A DNA stretch of 64,000 nucleotides from Candidatus Bathyarchaeia archaeon (GTDB lineage: Archaea; Thermoproteota; Bathyarchaeia; Bathyarchaeales; Bathycorpusculaceae): NCBI GenBank assembly GCA_049515895.1, contig JBEKTQ010000001.1:162535-226534 (forward strand), given 5' to 3'. The translations under genes were made by a program, and so were the position numbers. Positions 47,770-58,864 of the stretch are shown here, piece by piece; positions within the stretch are counted from its first letter, which is position 1; each line of letters starts with the position of its first letter. The notes under the pieces are model-generated. The model did no database searches, was not told the DNA's origin, and saw only the letters and a list, made by a program, of their open reading frames with translations.

Positions 47770-48982
47770 TAACTTTTTCTTCCGGCATTTTCGTTTTTCG
47801 GAAAAAATACCAGAATAAGCCGATAGAGATTAGGTACAACAGGGCTGCAAAAAAGAATGGGGCGGCTAAAAATCCCATGCCTATCAACCAGGCACCGACG
47901 AACGAACTCAACGCGTTGGGCAATCTCCAAAGTGCAGAGCTAATGCCTGAAGCTGCCCCACGTTCATCCTCCGGAACCAGCCCCATTATCATTGACTGCG
48001 CCAGCGGGCTTGACATGTTCATAAGAAACGCTCTTGAAGTGTAAACGACGCTTGCGATAAGGTAATTCGGGGAAAACGGCGTTGCAAACATGAACAGTGT
48101 TGAAACAGCTTCCGTAATGACTATGGCATTAACGACTCCAAACTTCTTTGCAAGTGAAGGAGCGGCAAGCGTGGCTACGCCTATTACGATGCTTGAAATG
48201 CCCAGAATTGGACCGCTCAGCGAGTCAGGTATGCCGTATTGGGCTTTCATCCAAGCAGTCATCAGGGGAACGATTAATCCTGCGCCTACAGCGATAACTG
48301 CGCCTGTCAGGACGTATTTCGCCAAAACATTTTTTGACTTTCTGGGAAGCAATTCGTTTAAGGTTGCTTTAGCTTTGCTGGATTTTGACTCGTTGACTTT
48401 CAAGATTATTACTGTTGAAGCTAGGCTGAGTGCGGCAAGTATAACGTAGAGAAGAACATGGCTTTCCTTATTTGAGAATCCAGCCATAGTTGATGTCGCC
48501 AAGATCGCAACAGCGCCGACGCCGAAGGCCGTGCTTTGGGCAAAGCCAAACATGGAAAAGACACTGTTTCTCTTCGTGTCTTCGGCTTTCGCAGCAAGCA
48601 ATGCGCTGATTGACGCCGAAGAAGCTGCTTCTGAAACGCCTTCGAAAATAGCGGCTGTTATTAACAATGCTGTGTTTGTGGTTAGGGCGAAGACGGCGAT
48701 GATTATGCTTGCTATAATGTTGCTTAATATCAGAATTCGTTTTTTGCCGTATTTGTCTGCTGCGATTCCCATGGGAATGCTCGTGGCAAAAGTGGATACT
48801 CCCATAATCGTCACGATTATTCCCATGAGGTTGAAGCTTAATCCCTGAACTGTTGTGAGGAAATAGGCTATGTCGGTGTAGAACATGCCGTAAGCTACTG
48901 CAGGCAAAACGGACGAGTAGATTATGTATTTTGCTTCTGTCGACATTCCCTTGTAAGCGCTAAACATTAGATGACCCGTCAA
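47762..48982 (-). CDS. MFS transporter
   Basis: ~12 TM, G.AADKYGKK motif A. Confidence 0.9.
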   Translation of the reverse strand: MTGHLMFSAYKGMSTEAKYIIYSSVLPAVAYGMFYTDIAYFLTTVQGLSFNLMGIIVTIMGVSTFATSIPMGIAADKYGKKRILILSNIIASIIIAVFALTTNTALLITAAIFEGVSEAASSASISALLAAKAEDTKRNSVFSMFGFAQSTAFGVGAVAILATSTMAGFSNKESHVLLYVILAALSLASTVIILKVNESKSSKAKATLNELLPRKSKNVLAKYVLTGAVIAVGAGLIVPLMTAWMKAQYGIPDSLSGPILGISSIVIGVATLAAPSLAKKFGVVNAIVITEAVSTLFMFATPFSPNYLIASVVYTSRAFLMNMSSPLAQSMIMGLVPEDERGAASGISSALWRLPNALSSFVGAWLIGMGFLAAPFFFAALLYLISIGLFWYFFRKTKMPEEKVNG

Positions 48983-49094
48983 CTGGTTAGAATTGGTTTC
49001 ACCACTTGCGGTTTTAAGGTTTTCTCACCCGCTTGCTTGATTAGTAAATACTTTATGAGAATTTTCTTTTTCAATTTGTTCTGGTGCGTTATGT

Positions 49095-50159
49095 TTACTT
49101 CTTGGGGCACAGTTCCTTTGCTATTTTGTCGACTGCATTGATTGCTTTTTCGATATGGTCTTTTTCTATTCCACGGTGGGTTACCATTCTTACGCTTTTC
49201 TCTGCTATGGTTGAGGCTAAAATGTTGTTCTCCTTTAGCTTTTGAACAAACACTTCATCTGGTACACCTAAACCGGTTATGTCGAAACGAACCATGTTCG
49301 TTTGAACTGCAATGAGGTCGACTTTGATTCCATTTATCTTTGCTAACCCTTCTGCCAGGCGCTTAGCGTTTTTGTGGTCTACTTCCAACCTATCGATCAT
49401 TGTTTCAAGGGCAACAATTCCCGCTGCAGCGATTATCCCAGCTTGCCGCATCCCTCCGCCTAAAACTTTGCGGGTCTTTCTGGCTTTCTCGATGAATTGT
49501 TGATCCCCCACGACCATTGAGCCGATTGGGCAGCTCAAACTTTTTGATAGGCAGAACATCAGGTTGTCAACATGCTTTGTGAACTCTTTCACGTTAACCT
49601 TTGAGGCTACGGCCGCGTTGAATATTCTTGCGCCATCCATATAGAATTTTAAGTTACGCCTTTTTGCCACTTCGCTTATCGCTTGCATCTGGCTGGGAGT
49701 GACTATGGTTCCGCCGTACCTGTTATGAGTGTTCTCAATGCATATTAGAGCGGGTTCGGGAAAATGGATGTTCTTAGGTCTTAATGCTGCTTCAATATCT
49801 TCTGGGGCGATTGCTCCAAAGTGACCTCTAATAAGCCAAGGCAGTAGTCCAGCAACTCCAGATATTCCGCCTCCCTCATACCAGTAAATGTGAGACTCCG
49901 CCTCCAAGAATACGAGATCTCCACGTTTCGTATTATTTATCAAAGACACCAGGTTTGCCTGCGTACCGCTTGTGACTAAAAGAGCTGCGTCTTTCCCCAT
50001 CTTCTGGGCCGCCATTTCTTCAAGTTTCTCAACCGTTGGGTCCTCCCGATAAACGTCGTCACCCAACGCCGCATGCCTTATCGCTTCCAACATTTCGTCC
50101 GTAGGCAGCGTCACGGTATCGCTTCTCAAGTCGATTTTTTCTTCAGCTGCAATTTCCAT
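49095..50159 (-). CDS. ltaE: Low-specificity L-threonine aldolase
   Basis: DLRSDTVT, SGTQAN, ENTHN, DGARIFNA, CLSKSL, GGGMRQAG. Confidence 0.93.
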   Translation of the reverse strand: MEIAAEEKIDLRSDTVTLPTDEMLEAIRHAALGDDVYREDPTVEKLEEMAAQKMGKDAALLVTSGTQANLVSLINNTKRGDLVFLEAESHIYWYEGGGISGVAGLLPWLIRGHFGAIAPEDIEAALRPKNIHFPEPALICIENTHNRYGGTIVTPSQMQAISEVAKRRNLKFYMDGARIFNAAVASKVNVKEFTKHVDNLMFCLSKSLSCPIGSMVVGDQQFIEKARKTRKVLGGGMRQAGIIAAAGIVALETMIDRLEVDHKNAKRLAEGLAKINGIKVDLIAVQTNMVRFDITGLGVPDEVFVQKLKENNILASTIAEKSVRMVTHRGIEKDHIEKAINAVDKIAKELCPKK

Positions 50160-50330
50160 TGTTCTTCCCCAAAGTGAAGAGTTTCACTCTTGAGAAAAGC
50201 AAGCTTTTCTTGCTTTAAAGTCTTCTTTTAGATGCTATTTGAAAAAAATGGCTGCATCTAGCATTGATAATGCAACTGCAGCGAACTATTAATTAGCAAG
50301 CAAAAATAAAGTAACCTTAAGGGGATAAAA

Positions 50331-51266
50331 TTGGAACCCATTTTCAAAAACATTCTCTTACCGATTGACGGCTCAGTCCAAAATAGGGTTGCGCAGGACA
50401 TGGCGATTTTTCTGTCCAAGCCGTTCGAATCGCAAGTCACTCTAATGCATGTTTTCCCCAATGAGCCTATTAGTCTCCCAGCAAAGAACTACGCCGTGAG
50501 AGAAAACTATGCACCTATCAGCAATGCGATAGGTCAATTCCCAAGAACGTTGCCAGTTCCCACAACCAAGGAGTACGCGATTCCCGATGAAGTGACTGCA
50601 GAAATAAGAGAAAGCTACCTGACGGAAGGTCGAGAGTTGCTTTCGCAGGCTACCCTTCGATTTAGGCAGGCAAAGATCGCGACGAGGGAACGGCTTCTTG
50701 AAGGAGTTGATATTACCGACGTCATAATCACCGAAGCTGACGCTGGAGACTACGATCTTGTCGTAATAGGCAACAGCGAAGGCGAAGGCAAAGAACTTGA
50801 CTTTCATCTCGGCAGCGTAGCCGAAAAAGTTTCATCAGCAATCAAAACTCCAATCCTAATAGTTAGGCAAAAAGCAGAAATCACCCAAATCCTTGTTCCG
50901 GTTGAAGGTTCCGAGAAGGATGAACACTCCTTAGAGAAAGCCGCTATAATTTCTAAGGCGGTTGGAGCCAAAATGGTTTTGCTTCATGTTCAAGAGCCGC
51001 GGCTTTTGAGATTGAAGCCTGAAACTAAAGAAATTGGGGTTCGCATTCTGAAAGATGCAGCGGCAAAACTTTTGGGAATACAGGTTGAGCAGAAACTGGA
51101 GCTAGGTGATCCTGCAAAGGTTATAATTCAAACGGCCGAACAAGACGGTGCCGACCTCATCGTCATGAGCAGGGGCGGGTATAGTTCGCTGAGAAACTTA
51201 TTTCTCGGAAGCGTGAGCAGCCACGTCTTGCACTACGCCAAGGTTCCTCTGTTGCTCGTAAAATAA
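50331..51266 (+). CDS. Tandem universal stress protein
   Basis: ILLPIDGS...LGSVAEKV and ILVPVEGS...LGSVSSHV. Confidence 0.9.
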   Translation: MEPIFKNILLPIDGSVQNRVAQDMAIFLSKPFESQVTLMHVFPNEPISLPAKNYAVRENYAPISNAIGQFPRTLPVPTTKEYAIPDEVTAEIRESYLTEGRELLSQATLRFRQAKIATRERLLEGVDITDVIITEADAGDYDLVVIGNSEGEGKELDFHLGSVAEKVSSAIKTPILIVRQKAEITQILVPVEGSEKDEHSLEKAAIISKAVGAKMVLLHVQEPRLLRLKPETKEIGVRILKDAAAKLLGIQVEQKLELGDPAKVIIQTAEQDGADLIVMSRGGYSSLRNLFLGSVSSHVLHYAKVPLLLVK

Positions 51267-51350
51267 ATCTGCCCAAATCTGCTCAGAACCGAAATTACTT
51301 GAAAGATAGTGATAATTATTAAGCAACGGGCTAAATATAAACTGAAAAAT

Positions 51351-51707
51351 ATGGTGGATTCATACTGGCAGAAAAGTTTCATCTGGGTTCTGAAGGCAAA
51401 CTTGGTTGTTTGGGCAATCAACTTAATCCTATTCGCCGTTTTCGTTTGGTCTGGTTTTAGCTGGGCCAATTCAGGTTATTTCTCAAAAACTGCGTTGCTT
51501 GAAGCTGGTGTTTCTTTTCTGGTGGGTGGCGCATTTGCTTTTTCAGGTTCTGCTTTGCCAAGCAAGGCTAAGGAGCAGATTCGTAAGTCAGATGATAAGT
51601 GGTCGGTTGAAAATCTTCGGAGCAGCGAGAAAAGAGCTAACAAATACCTGATTTTAGCCGTTATACTGTTTGTCGAATGTTTGATAGCGTCATTTCTCGG
51701 GGCTTAA
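51351..51707 (+). CDS. Three-TM hypothetical membrane protein
   Basis: Hydrophobic helices; similar layout to 58137-58547. Confidence 0.65.
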   Translation: MVDSYWQKSFIWVLKANLVVWAINLILFAVFVWSGFSWANSGYFSKTALLEAGVSFLVGGAFAFSGSALPSKAKEQIRKSDDKWSVENLRSSEKRANKYLILAVILFVECLIASFLGA

Positions 51708-51737
51708 AAAAAAATAAAAAAAGGTTGGAAGATGTAT

Positions 51738-53978
51738 TTACTTATGTCTTCTTCTCGTCATCAAAACAACTGCAGCTATAATTACTACAACGACAACCAC
51801 TACGGCTGCTATCAATATTATTGTGTTGCTGCTCAATGTTGAAGATGCTGCTACGTTGACGCTTTGTAAGTAGGTGTAAACCGGTGTTCCTGAGGTGTCA
51901 TCCATCAGATAATAGTAATATTTTCCAGCTGCTGTCGGGTTGACTGTGAAGCTGTAGAAGCCGTTGATGTCTGTTGTGAAGTGCGATACCCCGGTTAGTC
52001 CGCTTGGGTAAGTCGAGTTGTTAGTCGTCTGCTCCAAGGTGATTGTCTCGTTTGCCAGCGGATTTCCACTGCTGTCGTTGTAGGTGCCTTGCAAGTTCAC
52101 TATGCCAACTCCGTTGACTGTCGGCGGCGAGTATCCCGCTAATTCCAAGTAATGCCTAGCTTGGTTAAGATCGAAGGGTCTTGCTTTTATCGAATTGTCG
52201 TAGTATGGCTGTGTAGGCAACATTGGTGTTTCACCTGCTGTTCCGTATCCGGCAAGTAAATTGTTTATTATTAGCTGCCTAGGTACTGCGTAGTCAAAAG
52301 CGATGCGAATGTCTGCAGCTGCTTGGGCTGCTTGGGCTGAATTAGATTGGCCGAGTGGAGTGTTGACCCCTGTGCCGAAGATTGGGCTCTCCATGTTGTA
52401 TCCAAATTCTTGTCTGCCTACGCCTTGCAGGATAATCACTTTACCCCACGATGGATTGATTGATGGGATATCGGTCTGCATCTGGTAGTTATAATCAAGC
52501 ATGTCGACTTGGCCGTTCTTTAATGCTGCTAAGGCAGAGGTCTTGTCAGCGATGAATTGAATGTAGTAGTCTTTTATCTTGAAGTCACCCATGCTTTCTA
52601 AGCCTGTTGCATTCCAATAGTTGTCATATTTCTGAAGGTGTACAACTTGAGCCACTGGGTCATAGCTTACCCATTTGTAGGGTCCAGTGCCAACTGGGCC
52701 AGTGTATTTTATGCCGTTTATGGTCGTTGATCCCTGCCCTGTATTGAAGCATGAGGTTGACCAGTCCGCTGGAGCAATGTGTGAGAAGATGTGCATCGGT
52801 ATTATGTTGTTGGCAAAAGATAGCAGGTACGGTTCAAAGTATCCGTAAGGCTTTCCATCAGCGCAAACTGGGAGATGCGCGACGACTGTGTACTTGTCAG
52901 TTGCCTGTATTGTGCCCGTTCTGGAGCCGGTTCCTAATGTTACAGATGTGCCATCTGAGTATGTGAATTTGACATTGTCACCGTATACGCTCTGGTAGTA
53001 GCCCGCGAATTGGCTGCCTGTGTCTGGGTTCATTAACGCCCACAACGAGTACAGTACGTCGTCTGCTGTGAAAGGTGCGCCGTCTTGCCAAGTTACGCCT
53101 TGCCTGCAGTTAAATGTCCATGTGAAGCCATCTGTGCTGTGACTCCAAGTTGTCAATAGGGCTGGAGCTTCAAGGGCACTTAATCCATTCAGTGTCGGCC
53201 ACGTTTCTGCAAGTCCGTCAAAGATTGGTGCAGCCACAATAACGTCGTACCAGCTGTCAGATTCAGGTGGGTTCAAAGCATCGATTGAACCAGTGGAGCA
53301 GTAAGTTATTGAAGTTTTGCCATCGCTGCGAGTGAGTAGCTGCGGGTAAGGTTGCGCGTTAAAGTAAAGCCATCCTTCGCCGCCTCCCGTGACAGGTGTG
53401 TACAAGTTGCCTATGGCTGGGTTGACTACGACAGGTGCTTCCTGGTACATTATTTGTGAGGCAGGTACTTGGTTGTAGTAGACTTGTTGCCACTGTGTTA
53501 GTGCGCTTGCCCTATCGCTGTCACTTGTGGAGGTGATGAACTGGTCGAGCAAGCTGTTGGATTGCGAGTCATTCCAGAGATAGTAGTTTTGTCCAGTTGG
53601 AGCGAAGAATGCTGCCGCTCCGCCATAGTAGGTTTCTCTTGGTTCTGGTATCAATCCCGGCGTCCATCCGAGTGCTAATATGTCGTATCCGCCTTGGTCA
53701 TAGGTTTTACCGACCATGTCAGGGCTGGGTGTTAATGCGCGGCTGTACACGCTAGTCCAGTCTAAATAAACTACGTTGGCATCAATGCCAAGTTGTTGGA
53801 GGTTGCTAGCGAAGACTTGGGACCATTGGCGTCTCAGAAGATTAGCGTTTCCAGGTGCTATAATAGTGACTTTGAATAGCCCATTGTGTTGCGCTTTTAC
53901 AAAAGTCATTGGTGTCATCATCGAAGCTGCTAGAGCGAAGATCAGAACTATTGTTAGAGTTTTTTTGCTAATACCCAT
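51738..53978 (-). CDS. oppA: Peptide ABC transporter substrate-binding protein (family 5), permuted domain order, C-terminal anchor
   Basis: WTFNCRQGVTWQDGAPFTADDV, PVGTGPYK; signal peptide and C-terminal TM. Confidence 0.85.
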   Translation of the reverse strand: MGISKKTLTIVLIFALAASMMTPMTFVKAQHNGLFKVTIIAPGNANLLRRQWSQVFASNLQQLGIDANVVYLDWTSVYSRALTPSPDMVGKTYDQGGYDILALGWTPGLIPEPRETYYGGAAAFFAPTGQNYYLWNDSQSNSLLDQFITSTSDSDRASALTQWQQVYYNQVPASQIMYQEAPVVVNPAIGNLYTPVTGGGEGWLYFNAQPYPQLLTRSDGKTSITYCSTGSIDALNPPESDSWYDVIVAAPIFDGLAETWPTLNGLSALEAPALLTTWSHSTDGFTWTFNCRQGVTWQDGAPFTADDVLYSLWALMNPDTGSQFAGYYQSVYGDNVKFTYSDGTSVTLGTGSRTGTIQATDKYTVVAHLPVCADGKPYGYFEPYLLSFANNIIPMHIFSHIAPADWSTSCFNTGQGSTTINGIKYTGPVGTGPYKWVSYDPVAQVVHLQKYDNYWNATGLESMGDFKIKDYYIQFIADKTSALAALKNGQVDMLDYNYQMQTDIPSINPSWGKVIILQGVGRQEFGYNMESPIFGTGVNTPLGQSNSAQAAQAAADIRIAFDYAVPRQLIINNLLAGYGTAGETPMLPTQPYYDNSIKARPFDLNQARHYLELAGYSPPTVNGVGIVNLQGTYNDSSGNPLANETITLEQTTNNSTYPSGLTGVSHFTTDINGFYSFTVNPTAAGKYYYYLMDDTSGTPVYTYLQSVNVAASSTLSSNTIILIAAVVVVVVVIIAAVVLMTRRRHK

Positions 53979-54162
53979 ACTTATTTTACCCCTAAGTTCG
54001 CTGGTTCCTTCTTGGATGCTATAAATATATTAAACTTGCTATTCCTTCAAGAAACCCAACATTACTTTTATAATGTTAACTTGTTTGCTATGGAGGGCAT
54101 CAATCGAAAAGCCTTAAGTATAAAAAACATCGATAGAATCAGGAGTTAGGAGAAGCGAAGAT

Positions 54163-55164
54163 TTGGCAAACAGGCTGAAAGCACTTGCCCAAAGCTCAAT
54201 GTTCAGGTACATAATTCGAAGGCTTCTTTACATGATTCCCGTGGCAGTGGGAATCTCAATCATCGCCTTCATAACTATGTATGCAGCAGGAAACCCTCTT
54301 GACCTCATCCGAATCGGCAAACCGAACATTGACCAAACAACCATAAACGCCTTGAGCGCCTATTATGGTTTAAACAAGCCGATTCCCATTCAATACTTGA
54401 ATTGGGTAAGTAACCTCTTGCATTTGAACTTCGGTAAGTCACTCTATGGTGGGCAACCTGTCCTTACCCTGATTGGACCCGAAATCTTGCCGACTATGGA
54501 ACTCCAAATCGTTTCACTTATAATTGCCTTCGCAATTTCAATCCCAATTGCTGTTCATTCAGCAAGAAAACCATATTCCAAGCAGGACCTAACAGTTACC
54601 TCATTCTCGCTTTTCGGGGTTTCAATGCCGACCTTCTGGTTTGGATTGCTTCTCATAATCTTTTTTTCCTTCGATTTGGGCTGGCTTCCCTCTGCAGGCG
54701 CAAAAGGCAGCACGCAATTTCTCTGGTGGGGCAACCCAGCATTGGACGTTATTGCTCACTTTATTTTGCCAGTTATTGTTCTTGTCTACGTTTCCTTGGC
54801 TCAAAACATACGTCTAATTAGAGCAAACATGCTGGAAGTTTTAAGGTCAGATTACATCCTTGCAGCGAGAGCAAGCGGCATAAGCGACAGAAAAGTAGTC
54901 TACCGATACGCCCTCAGAAACGCCGTCACCCCCGCCATAACGTTCCTCGCAATTGCGTTAGGCGGCATGTTGGCCGGCGCCCCAATGACTGAATACGTTT
55001 TCAGTTGGCCAGGGCTTGGACGCCAGTATGTGACGTCGACACTTAACTTGGATTTTCCAGTAATCATGGCAATTACTATGTTGATCACCGTCATGACGTT
55101 GATAGCTAATCTAATGATGGATATTCTCTACGTTTACATTGACCCGCGGGTCAGGATTAGGTAG
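54163..55164 (+). CDS. oppB: Peptide ABC permease
   Basis: YIIRRLL, YGLNKP..IQY, SMPTFW, DYILAARASG. Confidence 0.9.
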   Translation: MANRLKALAQSSMFRYIIRRLLYMIPVAVGISIIAFITMYAAGNPLDLIRIGKPNIDQTTINALSAYYGLNKPIPIQYLNWVSNLLHLNFGKSLYGGQPVLTLIGPEILPTMELQIVSLIIAFAISIPIAVHSARKPYSKQDLTVTSFSLFGVSMPTFWFGLLLIIFFSFDLGWLPSAGAKGSTQFLWWGNPALDVIAHFILPVIVLVYVSLAQNIRLIRANMLEVLRSDYILAARASGISDRKVVYRYALRNAVTPAITFLAIALGGMLAGAPMTEYVFSWPGLGRQYVTSTLNLDFPVIMAITMLITVMTLIANLMMDILYVYIDPRVRIR

Positions 55165-55169
55165 AAGGC

Positions 55170-56129
55170 ATGACAACCCAATCAAGCGACAAAGCGAATC
55201 CGGCAGTAAGGAGAAGATCAGCTAGTCAATGGGCTGTTGCTTGGCGCAGGTTCAAGAGAAACAAGGCAGGCGTTGTCGGCTTAATCATTGTGTTAGGCGT
55301 CGTTTTCATCGGAATTTTTGGAGATGTTCTTGCGCCCTATCCAGCTTTCCCAAACGCTAAAGCTCTTGCACCCTTCTACAATGGGGATGTTCGAACGCCC
55401 CCGAATTCCCATTACCTTTTGGGCACAGATGTTTTAGGAACTGACGTTTTGAGCGATATTCTTCACGGAACAAAATTTGCCCTTTACGTAGGAGTTGTAG
55501 TGACTTTGATAACGATGGCCATTGCGATTCTCGTGGGAGCTGTCGCTGGCTATTTTGGGTCATGGACCGACAACGTTTTGATGAGAATAACCGAGATATT
55601 CCTTGTCTTTCCGTCACTTTTGTTCATACTAATTTTTGTCAGAGTATTCACATTGGGCGCCGGTGTTGGTACATCAATCAATTTTCTTGGGATTTCTATA
55701 CCATTGGGGCTGAGCATAGTCGTTCTAGTCTTAGCTGTGTTCAACTGGCCGGGAGACGCTAGGATGGTAAGAGGAGAATTCCTAAGAGTCAGAGAACTTG
55801 AATTCGTTGAAGCAGAGAAAGCTTTAGGCGCAAGCAACAAAAGAATAATTTTCAGACACATACTTCCAAATATCCTCTCATCCATCATAGTAGTCGCCAG
55901 CCTCACAATCGCCTATGCAATCCTTCTAGAAGCAGGGGTGAGTTTCTTAGGTTTTGGAGACCCTAACACGATGACTTGGGGGCAAATACTAGAAAACAAC
56001 TTCGCGGATATGAGAGTGGTCTGGTGGGCTGAACTGTATCCTGGCTTGGCTATTCTCATAACGGTTTTTGGGTTTAACCTTTTAGGAGATGGGTTGTCGG
56101 ACGCTTTGAACCCAAGGTTAAGGGATTAA
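55170..56129 (+). CDS. oppC: Peptide ABC permease
   Basis: LLGTD.LG.D, EFVEAEKALGAS, RHILPN, LGDGLSDALNPR. Confidence 0.9.
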   Translation: MTTQSSDKANPAVRRRSASQWAVAWRRFKRNKAGVVGLIIVLGVVFIGIFGDVLAPYPAFPNAKALAPFYNGDVRTPPNSHYLLGTDVLGTDVLSDILHGTKFALYVGVVVTLITMAIAILVGAVAGYFGSWTDNVLMRITEIFLVFPSLLFILIFVRVFTLGAGVGTSINFLGISIPLGLSIVVLVLAVFNWPGDARMVRGEFLRVRELEFVEAEKALGASNKRIIFRHILPNILSSIIVVASLTIAYAILLEAGVSFLGFGDPNTMTWGQILENNFADMRVVWWAELYPGLAILITVFGFNLLGDGLSDALNPRLRD

Positions 56130-56156
56130 TGGAGGGAAAGCCAAGCGGAAACACTA

Positions 56157-57137
56157 CTGAAGATTGAAGGTTTAAAGACCCATTTCTACACTGAAGCAGG
56201 AATCGTAAAAGCTGTTGACGATGTTTCATTCGATGTTAGAAAAGGCGAGTCACTGGGTATTGTGGGCGAATCAGGATCCGGCAAAACGGTTACTGCTCTT
56301 TCGGTGCTTAAGATTGTTCCCAAACCGGGAAGGATAGTGCAAGGCAAAATCTTGTTCAAAGACCAAGACCTTTTGTTGAAATCTGAAAAGGAAATGCAGC
56401 CTATTCGGGGAAGCGAGATAGCCATGATATTCCAAGACCCCTCTTCCTCATTAAACCCTCTCTACAAAGTTGAAACTCAGCTCAAAGATGTTTTATTAGC
56501 TCACCAATCAGTTTCCAAAGAGGAAAGCCACAGGAAAATCGTTGAGCTTTTAAGCTTAGTCGGTATTCCTGACCCTGAAATTCGTATGCGTGAATTCCCC
56601 CACCAGTTCAGCGGAGGCATGAAACAGCGAGTGGCAATTGCACGTGCTCTGGCTCTTCAGCCAACACTTCTGTTTGCAGATGAACCTACAACAGCTTTGG
56701 ATGTGACAATTCAAGCGCAAGTTTTGGAATTGCTTGAGGATTTGAAGAGAAAAATGGGTATGTCACTGGTCATGATCACGCATGATATGGGAGTAATAGC
56801 TAAAATGACGACAAGAGTTGTTGTCATGTACGCGGGAAACGTCTACGAAATAGCGAAGACTGAGGACCTTTATGAGCATCCAAGGCACCCCTACACCGCG
56901 CTGCTTTTGGCGGCTGTCCCTCGGCTCGATAGAAGAAAAACGTTAAGCATAATTCCGGGAAACATTCCTAACTTAATTGAGCCGCCGTCCGGATGCCGTT
57001 TTCATCCAAGATGCAAATATGCCATTGACCAATGTGCTGAGTCACCGCCCACGCTTGAGCAAGTTGACACGGACCATTATGTAGCCTGCTACCGATGGAG
57101 TTTTCTAACGTTGAAAGGAGAGACGAGCAGAAAGTGA
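56157..57137 (+). CDS. oppD: Peptide ABC ATPase; start anomalous (CTG 56157 or frameshifted ATG 56129)
   Basis: [10 protein letters not shown] upstream of GESGSGKT; [24 protein letters not shown]. Confidence 0.88.
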   Translation: MKIEGLKTHFYTEAGIVKAVDDVSFDVRKGESLGIVGESGSGKTVTALSVLKIVPKPGRIVQGKILFKDQDLLLKSEKEMQPIRGSEIAMIFQDPSSSLNPLYKVETQLKDVLLAHQSVSKEESHRKIVELLSLVGIPDPEIRMREFPHQFSGGMKQRVAIARALALQPTLLFADEPTTALDVTIQAQVLELLEDLKRKMGMSLVMITHDMGVIAKMTTRVVVMYAGNVYEIAKTEDLYEHPRHPYTALLLAAVPRLDRRKTLSIIPGNIPNLIEPPSGCRFHPRCKYAIDQCAESPPTLEQVDTDHYVACYRWSFLTLKGETSRK

Positions 57138-58123
57138 CATTTGAAAGCTTCATCCAAGTCAGAGACCTCGTAAAGTACTTTCCTGTTTACTCGACAGGCG
57201 TGTTAACTAAGAAGCAAGTGGGAGTAGTCCACGCAGTCGACCACATAAGTTTCGACATCAAAAAGCAAGAAACCTTTGCTTTAGTCGGGGAAAGCGGATG
57301 CGGAAAAACAACGACCGCGCGAGTAATACTTAACCTGATCGAACCCACTTCAGGTGAGGTTATCGTTGACGGCGAAAATATTTTTGAAAAATTTGCTGTT
57401 GCCTCGAAAGAAGAAAAAATGAAGCTACGACGAAAAATGCAGATGATTTTCCAAAATCCTTACGGCTCTCTTGATCCGAGAATGACGGTTAGCGACATCA
57501 TTTCGGAGCCTTTTGTTATTCATGGGCACGTCCCGAAAGAAAAGCGGGCTGACCGAGTTTACGAACTTTTGGAACTCGTAGGTCTAGAAGAATACCACGC
57601 AGAAAGATACCCACATGAATTCAGCGGCGGACAACGGCAGAGAATATGCATTGCCAGAGCCTTAGCTGTCGAGCCGGAATTCATCGTTGCCGACGAACCA
57701 GTTTCATCTTTGGACGTTTCGATTCGAGCGCAGATTCTTAATTTGCTTGGAAACTTGCAGAAAACTATTGGGTTATCGTTTTTGTATATATCCCATGATT
57801 TGAGTTCGGTTCGTCAGATTAGCCAGCGTGTAGGCGTTATGTACTTGGGCGAAATAGTTGAGTTAGCGGACACGGATGAATTGTATGATAATCCACTTCA
57901 TCCATACACTCAAGCGCTAATTGAAGCTGTGCCCATACCTGATCCCCAAGTCAAAAACATCAGGGCACGTTTAAGAGGGGAGGTCCCAAGCCCGATTACG
58001 CCTCCGGCAGGCTGCCGCTTCAACCCAAGATGCCCCCGTGCCACTGCGTACTGCACAGGAAGAGAGCCTGAACTGAATGAGGTTAAGAAAGGGCATTTCT
58101 TGGCTTGCTCTTCGCCGTCTTAA
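57134..58123 (+). CDS. oppF: Peptide ABC ATPase
   Basis: GTG overlaps oppD stop; [24 protein letters not shown]. Confidence 0.9.
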   Translation: MTFESFIQVRDLVKYFPVYSTGVLTKKQVGVVHAVDHISFDIKKQETFALVGESGCGKTTTARVILNLIEPTSGEVIVDGENIFEKFAVASKEEKMKLRRKMQMIFQNPYGSLDPRMTVSDIISEPFVIHGHVPKEKRADRVYELLELVGLEEYHAERYPHEFSGGQRQRICIARALAVEPEFIVADEPVSSLDVSIRAQILNLLGNLQKTIGLSFLYISHDLSSVRQISQRVGVMYLGEIVELADTDELYDNPLHPYTQALIEAVPIPDPQVKNIRARLRGEVPSPITPPAGCRFNPRCPRATAYCTGREPELNEVKKGHFLACSSPS

Positions 58124-58136
58124 AAGATAAACTTGC

Positions 58137-58547
58137 CTACGCCAAAAGCACAATGAAAGAAGCTATAAGGATAGGTCCCCCTGCCAGCATAAGAATCTTT
58201 CCAACCGCGTTTTCCTGTTGTATCTCATCCTTACGTTGTTTCCAGTCTTCCCCATGATAGTACGGGTTAGTTTTGATGTTGCCCCATTGAAACTGGGTTT
58301 CCATCGAACCTGAAGCCCAAATAGCGCCTAAAGCAAGTATTGCGGCGCCTTCAATGAACATTAACACTCCAAAAGTAACTTGGATGTCGCTTCCAAAAAG
58401 ATATGCTGCGTTAGACCAGAACCATGAACCATAGAAATAGACGGCAAGGTAATCTGCAACCAGCAGAGCAAACCAGAAAAATCCAGCTCTAATCAAAACC
58501 TTTCTCCAAACCGAAACACGGTTGATTTGGTCAGGCAAGACGGTCAT
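58137..58547 (-). CDS. Three-TM hypothetical membrane protein
   Basis: Hydrophobic helices. Confidence 0.65.
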   Translation of the reverse strand: MTVLPDQINRVSVWRKVLIRAGFFWFALLVADYLAVYFYGSWFWSNAAYLFGSDIQVTFGVLMFIEGAAILALGAIWASGSMETQFQWGNIKTNPYYHGEDWKQRKDEIQQENAVGKILMLAGGPILIASFIVLLA

Positions 58548-58586
58548 CCAGTAGTTGAGGCTAATTCTGTTGTGGGAGGTCTTGCC

Positions 58587-58805
58587 TTATTTATTTTTGC
58601 CTTCCGACATGCCCCATTTTATTCTGCCCCAAATCCTTTCATGAAAATAGTACAGCACCATGGTTATGGCGTTATAGATCGTTCCCACAGCTGCCGCGAT
58701 GTCCCAGTTGCGCGTCAAGAAAAAAGTCGTTAAAACACTCACAACTATGCAGACTATTCTCCAAATTATAGATTTGACAACAGTTCTTTTTCTTGTCCCT
58801 TCCAT
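58587..58805 (-). CDS. DUF2061-like small membrane protein
   Basis: RTVVKSIIWR...LYYFHERIW. Confidence 0.85.
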   Translation of the reverse strand: MEGTRKRTVVKSIIWRIVCIVVSVLTTFFLTRNWDIAAAVGTIYNAITMVLYYFHERIWGRIKWGMSEGKNK

Positions 58806-58864
58806 AAATTGCTATTGTTTCTAATAAAATTAAAAGGCTTCGCAAACCAGAGTCACAGAAAGAA

